From assembly GCA_004431415.1 (NCBI GenBank), contig QPMI01000633.1, positions 1 through 64,000 of the forward strand: 64,000 nt of DNA, read 5' to 3'. Shown piece after piece: positions 1 through 12,440 of the stretch. Numbering within the stretch: the first letter of the stretch is position 1; the number at the start of each line of letters is the position of its first letter. The notes beneath the pieces are model-generated. The model saw only the letters and a program-made list of their open reading frames with translations. It searched no databases and was not told the DNA's origin. The stretch comes from Cyanophora paradoxa CCMP329 (lineage: Eukaryota; Plantae; Glaucophyta). The position numbers and the translations under genes were made by a program.

Positions 1-1686
1 GCCGCACGTGACGACGCTGTACATCGCGGTGGAGGCGCGCCCGCAGGCGGCGGCGGCCCCGGCCTCGGCCTCGCCCATGGGGGCCCCGACCCCGAGGAGC
101 GCCCATTACTCCATCTCCATCCGCTTCCCGCGCCGTGCGCCCCGCGGCGCCCCGCGCCTCGCGCCCGCGCCCCGCGGCCGCAGGAGGCTCACGCGGCCGC
201 AGGCGGCTCGAACCTGCTCATCGGCTGGGCCCGAAGCGCCTCGCCGCCTTCTTCCGCGGGCTCGTCTCCGCCCGCGGCGAGGCCGGCCCGACGCCGCCGC
301 GGAAGAAGCGGAGGGCGATGGGGAGAGCGGCGAGGAGTCCCCGGAGGGCGCGCAGGAGGCGGCCGGCCATTCCACGCCCACAACGCCCCGCACCCGGCGC
401 ACGAGCCTGCAGGCGCACGCCTCTGGAGCCGCGAGCGGCCGGGGCGGCGCGAGCCGGGAGCGCAGCCCGTCGACGACCTCGGTGGGGAGCCGGGGCCCCC
501 TCCCCTCCGTGAGCCCCCGCCACTCCTACTCGGAGACCGGGCGCACCCCGGGCGCCTCCCCGCAGGCCTCGCCCACGCTCCGGGCGCTCCCCTCGCCGCA
601 CGCCGCCATGTCCCCCTCGCCGCCGGCCGGCCCGCGCCCGCCGCGCCCGCCGACCGCCGAGCACCGCCCGCACCGCGCGTGGCCGCCGCCATCGCCGACG
701 CGATCGCCACCGCCCGCGTGAGCCTCAGCCTCCAGCCGCCCGCTTCGCGCGCCGCGGGGCTCCCGCTGAGCGGTGGCGCGCGCAGGCCGAGGCGGAGGCG
801 GCGCAGGCGAGCCGCTCCCTGCGGCGCCTCTCGGGCTGCTCCCCCGGCCCCGTCTCCCCCGGCACCTCCCTCCGCAACCGCCTCCCGTGCGCCCCGCGCC
901 CCGCCCCGCCCCGCCTCAAGCCGGGCTGCTCTGAGCTCCCGCGCGCGCAGCTCGCTGGCGCTGCAGCTGGAGCTGGAGCTCGAAGGGGAGGAGGGGACGC
1001 CGCTGAGCGAGCGGGAGCGGCGCGTCACGGTCGGCTCCTGCGACCTGACCGAGGTCCACGCCCGAGCCCGAGGGCCCCCGCCGCCCCCGCCGACCCCCCT
1101 CGCCTCGCAGTTCCGCACCCGCGTCGCCCACCTCGCCCGCATCTCGGGCGCCGGCGGCAACTTCCCCGCCCTCGTCCCCGCGAGCCCCGGCGGGGCCTAC
1201 GGGGCCCGCCCCTCCCCGCCCCTCGCCCCCGGGGCCGCCTTCTCCCTCCCCCGGCGCGACTCGTTCCAGAGGTCAACCCCGCGGCCTGCTCGCCCCTTCG
1301 AGCCTCCGGGGGCTCAAGCTGACCCGCGTTTGGCGGCGCAGGGAGCACAGGCGGTCGGAGTCAGACCCGCCGGGGTCCCTCTCGAGCCCGAACACGAGCC
1401 TGCGCGGCAGGCGGAGCTCGGCCGCCCCCGGAGACTCGCCGCGGGAGCCGGCGCCCCCAGCGGTCACGCCGAGCAGCCTCAACCGCACCCTTCCCATCTC
1501 CTCCGCCCTCCTGGCCGGCCGCGTGCGCGCCCCCCGCCTTCCAAGTGACGACTTCGCCCCCGATCGCGAGGCCTGACTTGATCCCGGCAGCGGGAGAGCA
1601 TCCGGTTCAGGCACGAGGAGCGGAGTCCGCACGAGCACATCGACCCCCTGGAGCTGCCGCTGCCCCTCTCCTCGGCCTCCCCATAG
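1..1686 (+). CDS. 3' part of an uncharacterised, spliced, low-complexity (Pro/Ser/Arg-rich) protein
   Basis: Coding-like segments separated by short ...GCAG introns; probable last exon ...HEERSPHEHIDPLELPLPLSSASP* ends at TAG 1686. No recognisable domain; 5' end lies outside the window. Confidence 0.4.
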
Positions 1687-1775
1687 CCCCCCAGCGCTAG
1701 CCTGGAGGCTCGCACCCGCGCCGGCGGCCCGCGGCGCCGGCGTGCATGTGCGACAGAACAGATCTAAATCGACTG

Positions 1776-1880
1776 GCTCTTTGATTAGTAGCTTTGTAAT
1801 TGGTGCTTTGATGACTTAAGAGCTTTGTGATTAGTGCTTTGTAATTAGTGCTTGTGATTAGTGTATTGCAATTGGTGAGT
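1776..1880. repeat. Degenerate ~14-bp tandem repeat (GCTTTGTRATTAGT), about 6-7 copies
   Basis: gctttgtaattggt / gctttgtgattagt / gctttgtaattagt / gcttgtgattagt units form an AT-rich patch between convergent genes. Confidence 0.7.
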
Positions 1881-2145
1881 ATGAAATTGATTCGGATCCG
1901 GAGTTTAGGCGTCGACCCGCGCGGCCGCACAAGCCCCCAAGTGCCGACGCCCCGGGCCCTGCCTGTTCTCGCACCTTTCTTTTCCTTTCCTACGGCCTCG
2001 CGAATTCAGCCGAAGTAGAACATTGCACTGCGGCGAGAGGGACACGAAGAACAACGGTCTGTTAAAATTACTGTTTGAACCCGGCAACAGAACGGCGCCC
2101 GAGCGCCCTAGACTGACGCCGGGGGAGCGCATCCACGCATCACGC

Positions 2146-3377
2146 TTAGTCTGAAAGAATCTGCGTCAGCGCTGCGAGCGCAGCAGTGCAGCGAGGCGGA
2201 AGAGACGGGGGCGCACGCTTCGCGAAGTAGGCCTTCTTCTTCTCGGGGTCGGCGACCACTGCAACAATAGCATAAGTGATGTAACGTAAAAACCAATTCT
2301 TTCTTAATCTCGTAAAGATTTTTGCGTACTTGTATCCGAGCCGGGCTTCCAGCCGGCGGGGCAGACCTCGCCGTGCGTGTCAGTGTACTGGAAGGCCTGG
2401 ACGAGGCGGAGGATCTCGTCCACGTTGCGGCCGACCGGCACTGCAAGTGACGGTCAGGCGGCGCTCGAAACGCAGCCAACGCGCAGGACGCGTACGGTCG
2501 TTGAGGGTAATCTGGCGAATGACGCCCTGAGGGTTCACAATGAAGAGGCCGCTGCGCCGGGCGTGAGCGGGAAAGCCAAGGTGACGAGCAAGGGAGCGAG
2601 GCACCGGAGCGGGTGGCCAGCGTCCTCGAGGAGCACGCCGTACTCGGTGGCCATCTTGCGGGTCAGATCCGCGACGAGCGGGATCTTCATCGGGCCGAGG
2701 CCGCCCTCCTTGCGCGGGGTCTGTCCGGCATACAAATCAGGCGGCTGACGGCGGCTCAGCAAGCCAAGTGGAGTGGGGAGCAGACCTGGACCCAGGCGAG
2801 GTGGGTGAAGTGCGAGTCGCAGGAGACGGCGACAACCTGCGCGGGCGTGTTCGGTACGGCGTGGGCGGCTGCTCGTAATTGAGCGCACCTCGGTGTTGAT
2901 CTTCTTGAACTCATCAGACCGGTCCGAGAACGCGATGATCTCAGTCGGGCAGACGAAGGTGAAGTCAAGCGGGTAGAAGACTGCGCGGCACGCGCACGCG
3001 AGCCGACGTCAGGAATCATTATCCTGGTAAGCACAGCGGGGTGCGGGATGTACGTACAGAGCACGAGGTACTTTCCTGAATGTTTGAGGAGGAGAAGAAC
3101 CGGCGGACGGAGAGCGCGCGCTGGTCAGAACGTGGAATGGAATGTTCTTTGGGAATCGATGCGCGGGGCGGCACGCTGAGGCGGCGGTTCGCGACTCACC
3201 GCGGTAGTCCTTGTCGCTGATCTCCTTGAAGGAGCCGTCAGGCATGAGCGCGGTCGCCTTCCATTCCGGGGCGGGCTGCGGACGAAAGCCACGTCAGCGA
3301 GACACGTTTTGCGCGACGCTGCGCAATGAATCTAATCGATAGCGACCGGTGCTTACGTGCTGCACGCGCGGGGCCAT
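2146..3377 (-). CDS. Typical 2-Cys peroxiredoxin (AhpC/TSA family), multi-exon
   Basis: Spliced translation [131 protein letters not shown]; both FVCPTE and EVCP cysteines present. Confidence 0.95.
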
Positions 3378-3989
3378 TGTGCGACGTCGAACTTGCAAGA
3401 ACTGCGTACCCAGGCGCACCCCACACGGATACCCCCCAGTACTAGTGCCTCAGTAAAGAAGTTCTAGTGACAGTATTACTAAAAGTTAGTACTATATCCG
3501 ATGAGTATTATAATTAGTACTAGCCGCACTGTGCCGCACACTGGCCACACCGGGATTGCGCTCCCCTTCTCCCTGCAGCTGTACATGTACATGTTAATTA
3601 TATAATGTTAATTGTTAACGTTGGGGCTCTTCAAATTCAAGCCGGATCATGAACATGAAGGCTTTCGCTTCCTTCGAATTCTAGATCTGGCGTTTGTCAA
3701 CGTCGATGAAGTACTTCGAATTCAATTGCAAGCTTGATTTATCCCCAAATTCAAACGAAGGACCAACTCCTTTCCACCATCAACTGCCGCCCCTATAGCT
3801 AGTTAAAGCCTCGCTAGCGCTGTGTACCCTCTCGACAGCGAAAACAGGAGATCTAGATCTCTCTTCGACACTTGCAGATGCATATTCAGTAGCAGTAGAG
3901 GGGAAGGTCCCAGGTGAGCCAGAGGGGGTGGCGGGCAGGACGAGCGCAGATGAAGAGGGACGGGGAAGAGGCTATGGAATAGTGATGGC

Positions 3990-4934
3990 TGGCACTTGGA
4001 AAATCTGCTTAAAGTCAGAAATAGAGAAGGACAACGCCTGAAAGAAGGAAATTGCCAGGAACCTCGGCGTAAGCGCAATGAAGGAGAACGTGGCCGACGG
4101 GGATGCTCATAAGCAGACCCACCAGGCACACACAGGCGCCACTGAGCATCGTGGTGAAACTCATGAGGGCCACAACGGCAGTGATCAAGATGTTCTTGTG
4201 AACAGCCACCGCCGAGCTCCCGAACGCGTGAAGGAGGTTCTTTCCATCGGCCAGAAGGAGCGGGGTAAAAACTATGCACGTTTCAAGCCACCACAGCAGA
4301 AGAGCCGTTGCGAGCGCCCCAAGTAGGGTGCTGCCTGCTCTACACCATGTAAACTACAAAAGTGAGATGAGCATTCAAAAATCAGAGTGACTCGCGGACC
4401 GTAGCGCCCCGTCTGCCACAAAAGATGCAACGAGGGGAACACGAGGACTGGGACTGACACTGCCGCGATGGTCTGAGAGATGCGCTCGTGGCCATTTGGG
4501 GTTCAGCACGCACGCATAATGCAGTGCACGATGCGAAGAACCGTAGCGCGCAAGAAGCGCGTGCGAATCATGCGTCCGAGCGTCGCGACGAAGTCCGGCG
4601 CCCTGCCTCGCCCGTGGTCCAGAACGTACGCATGCGAAGCGAGAAGCCAAGGTCCCGTCGCTATGTGTAGCGCAACTGCGAGCTTCCAGTGCTTGACGAA
4701 GACCAGCGACACACATATTAGGAAGAAGGCGGCCATCGAAACGAACATGAACGTATACTGCTTCGCGCGGGTAACACTGAGCCGCATAGCTGCCAGCGGG
4801 AAGAGGAGGGGCCGAAGGATGAAAGAGTCGCGGATCACTACATCCTCCGTCTCATCCGCGGGATGCGCGCCCGATGCTGGCCGAAACCCGCCAGGTTCGC
4901 TTTCCTCATCGGGGACCCGGTCGTAGGCGCTCAT
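3990..4934 (-). CDS. Multi-pass integral membrane protein of unknown function; 3' end approximate
   Basis: ORFs 4503-4934, 4272-4460 and 4015-4209 give successive hydrophobic helices; the C-terminal PLLLADGKNLLHAFGSSAVAVHKNIL...CLVGLLMSIPVGHVLLHCAY resembles DUF975-like membrane proteins (recognised by eye). Confidence 0.6.
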
Positions 4935-5602
4935 CGTCGCGGCCCGAGGTAGGCTGTATCAATTGCGTACCGGCCGTAGCGCCGCTGCTTCCGCGCAATG
5001 ATCTGAGATTGCCGGGCGGTGCTTCGCTAGGAACAAGCCTAGAGCTAGCTAGAGCTTTCTCGCAAGCTACTTTCTAACAAGCCCCTGCCTAGCGTGGCCG
5101 CTGCGGCCTGCAGCTGCAGCTGTTATACTCTCAACAAAGCTAGTCGTAGCCAATTCGAAACCGGTACCCGGGTGCGGTGCTTCACCTAGGTGCCGGGGAG
5201 CTCGAGGGCGTACTCCCTCCCTCAAGGGGGCCTTTCCGTGCTCGGCCGACCGAAGCCGCTCCGGCGGTGGATGGCGGGCTGGGCGCCCCTCGTGGTCCAA
5301 TCCCACGAACTGGAGCCCCAAAGTTGAGATCCGTCTAGCTTGTAGACGTTCTGTCTGCAGCCTGCATGTTTCTCGAAGTACAGCCCCACGCGCTCTGACG
5401 TCAACTGTTTCAACGGTTCCCCGACGCGCGCGCGCACGTTCCAGCCCTGCCCTGCACAACATCAAAGAACGCCCCTGCACAGCATCAAAGAAAGCATCGA
5501 TCGCGAGTACAGCACTAGCCGCTGAGTCGCGCCGAATATTCGAAATGGGAACCAGTGAATAAGCATGCAAGCGAGGGGGCTAGCGCTGGCGTGGCGTCCC
5601 GG

Positions 5603-8600
5603 CTAGTACGAGCGGGCGGCGTAGGCCCAATACTTGGCGGGCTGGCCGGTGATGAGGCACTTGGTGCCCTCCGCGGGGGGCGCCTCGTCCGGGCGGAAGC
5701 CGCGGACCTGCGCAAGGGCGGAATCAGATTTGAATCCAGTGCCGCCTCGAGGAGCGCGGAGGCCGGAGAGGGCGGACCTCGCCGCCGCAGATCTCGTGGA
5801 CCTGCTTGTCCGCCTCCTTCGCGTCGTGACCTGCGAAGCGGGGCGGTCAGGGGCGGGCGGGAGGGGGGCGACGAGGCGGGCGGGCGCGCGCCCATGGAGA
5901 AGAAGGGGAAGCGGGCGAAGCCGCCGTTGTTGCGGACGACGTCCTGCAGCTCCGCCGTCGTCGTCACCGTCTTGCACTGCGCCGCGGCGTCGGCGGGGCG
6001 GCGGGGGAGGGGGCACGCCGGCGCGGGCCTTGCTCTCGTGGAACTCCTTGGACTTGGCGGTGAGGCGCGCGTGCAGCTCGCCCAGGAGCGCCCGCAGGCC
6101 GCCCGCCTGCGCGCGCCGCGGCTCGAGGCGGCGCGGGGCGGTGTGCGGGGCGGGGCGAGGGGGCGGCACCAGGTCGGCGGCGGGGACGGTCTTCTTCTCG
6201 CCCGTGTCGCGCGACACAACGGTGACCTGGCGGGGCACGACGCCGGCGCGCTCGAGGGCGGCCCAGCTCGGGGGGCGGGCCGAGGGGCGGGGGGGGCGCA
6301 CGACGCCGTTCTGGACGTCGCGGGGCCCGATCTCGACGCGGAGGGGCACGCCCTTCATCTCCCAGAAGTAGTACCTGCGCGGCGCGGCGGCTCGGGGGCA
6401 CGGGGGGGGGCGCGGGGGCGGGGCGGGGGGGCGGACTTCTCGCCGGGCTTCTTGTCCGAGTCGTCGACGGTGACGCGCAGGCCGGCGTCCTGGAGCAGCT
6501 TCTTGTACTCGTGCGCCTGCACCGCCCGTCAGCCGCCCGGCGCCCGGCGCGCGGCCCGGAGCCGGGGGCGGCGCGGCGCGCGCCTTCTCGATGGGGCCGG
6601 GGCCCGACGTCTCGGCGCCCTTCTTCGCCATGACGATCGGCACGATGACCGCCTGCGCGCGGGCGCGGGGCGGGCCGAGCTCAGCCGGGCGGCCGGCGCC
6701 GGCGGGGCGGGGGCGGGGCGCCGGCCGCGCGCGCCTCGTAGCGGGCGATGACGGGGGGCAGGACGAGCCCGCGGTCGTCGCCGTGCACCTGGGAGCGGGG
6801 TCGGGAGAGCACCGGGGGGGGGGGCGCCGGGCGGGGGTCGAGGAGGCGGCGGGGCGCACGGAGAGGCACGAGGCGAGGACGCGGGTGGAGATGCCGTAGC
6901 AGGTCATGTACGCGTGCTGCGGGCCCCCGCCCGTGAGGAGGGCTCGAGGGCGGCAGAGCGCGGGCGGGCGCGCCTCGAACTGGTTCTCCTTGTTGAGGAA
7001 CTTGATGTCGAAGACCTTCGCGAACTTCTGGCCCAGGTAGTGCGCGCCTGGGCCCGGGCGGGTGGGCGAGGGCCGGAGGGAGGGGAGCGCTGCAGAGCTG
7101 TGGCGGGCACGCGGACCGACGATCTGGAGCACGCGGCCACACGGCATGACCGAGTCCATGACGTCGGTGTGCTCCGACCCGGCGAACTGGGGCGGCGCGT
7201 CTCAGCGAGCCCGCTCGGCGTGCGCAGGGCGGCGGCGCGCCTTGTCCCAGTCGGGGCGGCGGAGGCGCAGGCCGTACACGCCGAGGCTGCCGGCAAGGCT
7301 CAGCGCAGAGCGGCGCGGCGCGGCGCGGCGCGGCGCCGCACTTGTCGGTGATGAGAAGGTTGTACGAGGCCCAGGCAGCCTGCGGGGACGCTGAATGGGG
7401 GCGGGCGCGGGAGGGGCGGCGGGGCGCGCGCCTCGAGGTTCTCGATGGCCTCGGCGGGGGTCGCGTGGCACGTGTGCGCCTGCGGGGCGCCTCGGCGGGG
7501 AGCCCGCGCGGCAGAGGGGGCGGGGGGGCGCAAATCGGGGCGACCTCGTTCCAGTGGATCTCGCGGACGCGGATGAGGGGCCGCGTGTCCTTCGTCTCGT
7601 GGCGGAAGACGTTGCAGGTCTGGTGGACCTGCCGCCGCCACCAACGGGCCTCGGCGGGGCGCCGGCGAGGGGGCCGGGGGGCGGGGGCGAGGACCTTGAG
7701 GGGGAGGTCGCGGAAGGAGCGGACCCACATCGCGAACATGTAGTACCTGGCGCCCCGCGCTGAGCGGGGCGGGGGCGGGGGAGGAAGGCGCGGGGGCAGG
7801 CGCACATGGCGGTCTCGGAGGTGGGGCGCAGGGCGAGCTTGACCTCGAGCTCGTTGAGGCCGCCCTTCGTCACCCAGAAGCACTCCGACTCGAACCTGCC
7901 CCGCGCCCCACCGCTCGCTTCGGGGGGTAGGAAGAGTGGCGGACCGCGTACCCCTTGACGTGGTCCTTCTCCTTCTCGAGGAAGGTCTGGGGGATCACGA
8001 GCGGGAACTGCGACTTCTCGATGTCCTGCGGGCGGTGCCGTCGCGTCAGGCGGCGGCTCCGCGCGGCCGGCAGGCGCCCTCGCCTCGCCAGCGCCGGCGC
8101 GCCGGCGCGGCGCCTCTCTCGCCGCACCTGCTTCTCCCACTCCTTCTCAATGATCTCCATAATGCGGTTGTGCATGTAGAATCCGTAGCCACGGAACACG
8201 GGCATGCCTTTCACCGGATACCGCTTGTCGACGATCTCTGCGAGGCTTCGCTTAGCCCTGCGGGGGCGCGCGCGGCCGGCGGGCGGGTGCTGGGCGTCGC
8301 ACCGGCGACGATGAGGATCTGCTCGTACCACTCGGCGAAGTTCGCCTTCTTGGCGCTGAAAGTCGTCACATCGCCACTGTTCGCGCTCGCCGGAGCTGCG
8401 AGGCGAGCCACCGCTCAGCGGGGCGACCCATCGCGACAGTCGCGGCTGGCGGGCGCACTGTCGCCGCCCTTCTTCTCCTCCTTGGCCTTCTTGTCCTCCT
8501 TCGGCTTCTTCTCCTTCGCCGGCTTGGCCTCCTTCGCCGGCCTGCGAACACGGTGTCGTGTCAGCGCTGCTTATCGGCGCGCCGCGCGCCCGTGAGCGTT

Positions 8601-8659
8601 GGCTAGCTCGGTTGTGCGCACTCGTCGATCTTGAGCTTGCTAACGTCGTCGGCAGACAT
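5603..8659 (-). CDS. proS: Prolyl-tRNA synthetase, archaeal-like sequence type, multi-exon
   Basis: [103 protein letters not shown] and C-terminal ARSY*. Confidence 0.95.
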
Positions 8660-8815
8660 GGTTGCGCCGAGTCGAACTGTGTACCCCTTCGCGAGCCACG
8701 TACCCAATTGCAAAGAAGCTCAGCGCAGCTCGCCTCAGCAGAGAGGCACGCAGGCCCGCTTTGGGCGGTTCGACTGACTGGGCCGGAGGCCGGTTAACAA
8801 GACCGACCGCCCAAG
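8660..8815. promoter_or_regulatory. Putative bidirectional promoter (156 bp between divergent ProRS and SmB start codons)
   Basis: Head-to-head ATGs at 8659 (-) and 8816 (+); inferred from gene geometry only. Confidence 0.55.
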
Positions 8816-10357
8816 ATGGTTCGCTCTGCCCACGTCCGTCTTGCCGTCCAGCTGACTCATTTCCCCTCTTCCCCTTCGCCTTGCGAATCGCAGTCGATGT
8901 CACGTAGCTCTAAAATGCTCCAGTGCGTGGCTCAGGCACCCTGCCCTCGCTTATGCGATCTGCTTCCCGGCCGCGAGCCCCGAAGCATGTTTCGACTTCT
9001 CGCATTTCGCTCATTCTCACGTGCTTACATCTGCAGGTTCATCAACTACCGCATGCGGATAACCATCCACGATGGCCGCATGCTGGTGGGCAAGTTCATG
9101 GCGTTCGACAAGCACATGAACTTGGTGCTGGGCGATGTTGAGGAGTTCCGGAGAATCCCCGTCAAGGGGAGGGTGAAGGGCGGTGAGTTGGATCGGCCGG
9201 CCCGCCTCTCGGTCGCGATGGCAGACGCCGCTCATTCGTCTGCTTGCGGTAGGCCCGGAGGATCGGGAAGAGAAGCGCGCGCTTGGTTTGGTGCTGTTGC
9301 GAGGCGAGATCATCGTGTCCATGTCCGTCGAGGGCCCGCCGCCGCCGGAGGTGCGGACTTGCGTCCTGTGTGTCGCCGCAGCCTGCTGTCCCGGCTCACT
9401 GTGACCGGTTCGGTTTCTTCGCTGCTCAGGACTCGAAGAAGGGTTCTGCGATGCCGGGTCCTGGCATGGGTCGTGCGGCCGGCCGTGGCATGCCCGCGGC
9501 CCCGGTTCTCGGTGGCGCAGGCAAGTTTCGCTTATTTCCTTCCTTTTCCATTCTCATTGTTCTCCTTTGCAGGCCTCGCCGGGCCCGTGCGCGGCATGGG
9601 CGGCCCTGGCAGCGCTGCAATGATGCCTGCGGGCCGCGGTCAGGGTGCGTCACGCACTCCGCATCCGCTCTTCCGATGCCGACCGTTGCGCAGTTGCCGC
9701 TGCCGCTGCTCCGATGATGTACGGTCCTGGTCGTGGCATGCCGCCGGGCGCTCCCCCCGGTCCGCCCCGACACTACCAGCTGAGTCGTGTTGTCCCTGAG
9801 TCGCCCGCGCAGGGATGCCGCCCCCTGGCATGCCGCCGGGGATGCCGCCGGGTATGGGCCGTGGCATGCCGCCGGGCCCGCCCCCGCCGGGTTCGCGCCG
9901 GCCCCTCCACTCAAGTTGACCCCTCTGACCCGCTGCCCTCAGGCATGATGCCGCCGGGCATGCCTCCGGGGATGCCAGGCCGCGGAATGCCGATGGTGAG
10001 TCGGCCTCTCTACCGCTCCCCGCACCGCTGACCCCAGCTGCGCAGCCGCCCCCGGGCATGCCGATGCCTCCGGGTTTGCACCCCTTTCCCCCGAATGCCG
10101 ACGCTTTGCCTCTGACTGCGCCTCTTCTGCAGGCATGCCGCCTCCGTTCCCGCCCGGCATGCCGCCCCCCATGGGCCGTGGGATGCCCCCGGGTTCGCCC
10201 AGTTTATGCTTTGTACCCTCATCCATCCCCTGACCTCGCAGCAGGCATGCCCCCCGGCTTCCCGCCCGGCATGCCTCCCCCGCCCGGCGGCCGTGGTGCG
10301 CCCCACGACTCCCTCTTGCTCCTCCGCGCTTGACGCGTACCCCGCGCAGGCATGTAA
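8816..10357 (+). CDS. SNRPB: Spliceosomal Sm protein B/B'
   Basis: M|[10 protein letters not shown]|[40 protein letters not shown] (Sm1), [27 protein letters not shown] (Sm2), then GRG/PPPGM repeat tail; stop TAA 10355-10357. Confidence 0.95.
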
Positions 10358-11189
10358 GAAGGCCTCTGCACACCCCAAGAATCCGTCCTCTGTCCCACTC
10401 ATCTCTGCTGCCTCACACTCCCCGAAACTCCTGTTCCCGCCCGGCCACGACTCGGATGGCAAAGCAAGTAGCGCGCCATGTCAGCTTTTGTGGATTGCGA
10501 AAAGAAAAGATGTAGGTGCGACGTGAGTCGGCGTGCGCGACTGTCCGGTCCAGCCTTGCGCGGGGCCTTGCATTTACGCGCTAGCCTGCCGCGCCGCACG
10601 TGCCGGCTGGGGTCGACTGGGGCGGCGACGACATCGATTTCACATCTCATTCTTATTGACATAGATTTGGGGGGTCGAACTATGTTTAGTATTTGGGGGA
10701 TCGCGAGTGCCCAAGCGCCGCGCGCCTCTCGACGCACCTTTTGAGTCGAAGTCCCTTCGGAATTCGAAGCGGGGGACCGGAGGCTGTATCGGATCTTCTC
10801 CGAAGCGGGGGACCGGTATTCCTTGAAGCTTCTCCTTATAATTAGGGCCGAATTCGATCGCGATCGACTTCGAATTCGATTAACTTAGTATTTTCGATTA
10901 AAAGAATTGCCGACGCATGCAGCTTGTAGCCCCGGCCCGGCGTTGACCGTGAACACTGCTAGTCAAACAGCTAGCTGGCATCGCGTGTCACGTCAAAATG
11001 CACTGCGCGGCAGTTGAAGTCTGGGCGGAGGGCGAGGTCGTGCCACTCTGCTTGCAAGAGGGCTTTCAATAAATTACAGGGCAACAACATAGGTACCAGG
11101 AGATGGGAAAAGGGGTGGCCGTGGGGGGCACAGAGAAGGACAAGGCGCCAAGAAAATGGCGCGAAAGCAAAGACAGAGGGGCGGGGGAG

Positions 11190-12044
11190 CTAGATCGCCC
11201 CCGCGGCCTCGGCGAGCGCGGCCGCCGCCAACTCGGCCTCGGCCCACGCCTCGCCCTCCTCAGCGTACTCCAGTGGGTCCTCGAAGCCGGCCAGCTGCGC
11301 GCCGCTCAGATTCGATCTCTGGGGCGGGCCGTGCGGGGCGCGCACGTCGAGTTCCGGCTCTTCTGCCAGACCGATGATCCTCGGCTGCTCACCGCGTCAG
11401 AGATCCGCGGAGGGGGCGAGGGGCGGGGGCGCGGGGCAAGCCTCCAGCGTGACGTGAAGCTGGAAGTCGGCGGGCCTCGAAGGGTAATCGAAGCCCGCGC
11501 TCTTCACGGCGGGCTCCGCCTCAGAGATCAAGTCCAGCAGCATTTCCTGTGCTTCCGCCACGTTGCCGGCCAGCGTCGCCTGCCGTGCGCGTTAGCGCGC
11601 GCATTAAATCCAAAAAAAACCAGCGACCTTCTGCTTATCCACGATGTCCTTTTGGGATTTCATGATCTCTCTTTTGACGAACGCGTCTTTCTTCTCGATC
11701 AGCGACGCCTTGTACGCCTCCTCAAGCCGCGTGAGCACAGCGACGAGGTCGCGGATCGTGCCCGTGTCCGAAGCGATCGTGTCTGGGTCCAGCTTCGACG
11801 GCTCGAGATCCGCCGCCTCCTCCAGGACCTCTTGCAGGCGGTTCTCTGCCTCGTACTTCGCGTTCGACGCCGCGAATTCCGCTGCGATGATCTGCTGCTG
11901 CGCGCTTATTTCATCAAGGTCGTTGTTCTTGTTGCTCTCCTCCAGGGCGTCGGCGATAAGAATCATGTCGTTAACTTTTGTGAAGACCTCCAGCACGCTC
12001 TCCTTGCTCGGGCCATCGCCGCTGGCATCGCCAGAGCCCGGCAT
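11190..12044 (-). CDS. Uncharacterised acidic, predicted coiled-coil protein, multi-exon
   Basis: 146-aa ORF with strong codon bias (ESVLEVFTKVNDMILIADALEE...) continues through spliced exons to ...AELAAAALAEAAGAI*; start may lie further upstream. Confidence 0.6.
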
Positions 12045-12440
12045 CGCTCCCGTCTACGCGGCCGTCTTCAGCCGGTGCGCTCTCAAGATGCCGCTGCTAG
12101 ACTCTTTGTTGCCTATCAACGTGCTCGCCGGGCGCGCAGCCGCTATGGCAGGGGAAAGCTCGCCGGGTGCTAAGAGCCTAACCGTCGGACTTCAAGCAGG
12201 ACGCCGCCGCGTTCTCCGTGAAAGAAATTGCTCTTACAAGAGTGAGCGCGTGTCGCCGCGGCCGAGTCAGCTGCAGCGCGCAGCACAGGCTGCACAGCAA
12301 GCAGCTCGAAATGCTCGTCTACCCCCCCTCCTCCCCGAAGTCCAGGCTGTCAGGCGAAGCGCGGAGTGCGGCGTCACTGCGCGGACAGCTGCAGGCACTC
12401 TTTGAATTCAACGTTCGAAACCAGCTGCAGGGGACCCGCT

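Noticed and set aside
1776-1880. Telomeric repeat or ORF 1697-1930
   Set aside because: The unit is a degenerate 14-mer unlike telomere repeats; the ORF merely translates the repeat.
10765-10817. Direct repeat CGAAGCGGGGGACCGG x2
   Set aside because: Short local duplication with no TIR, TSD or other support for function.
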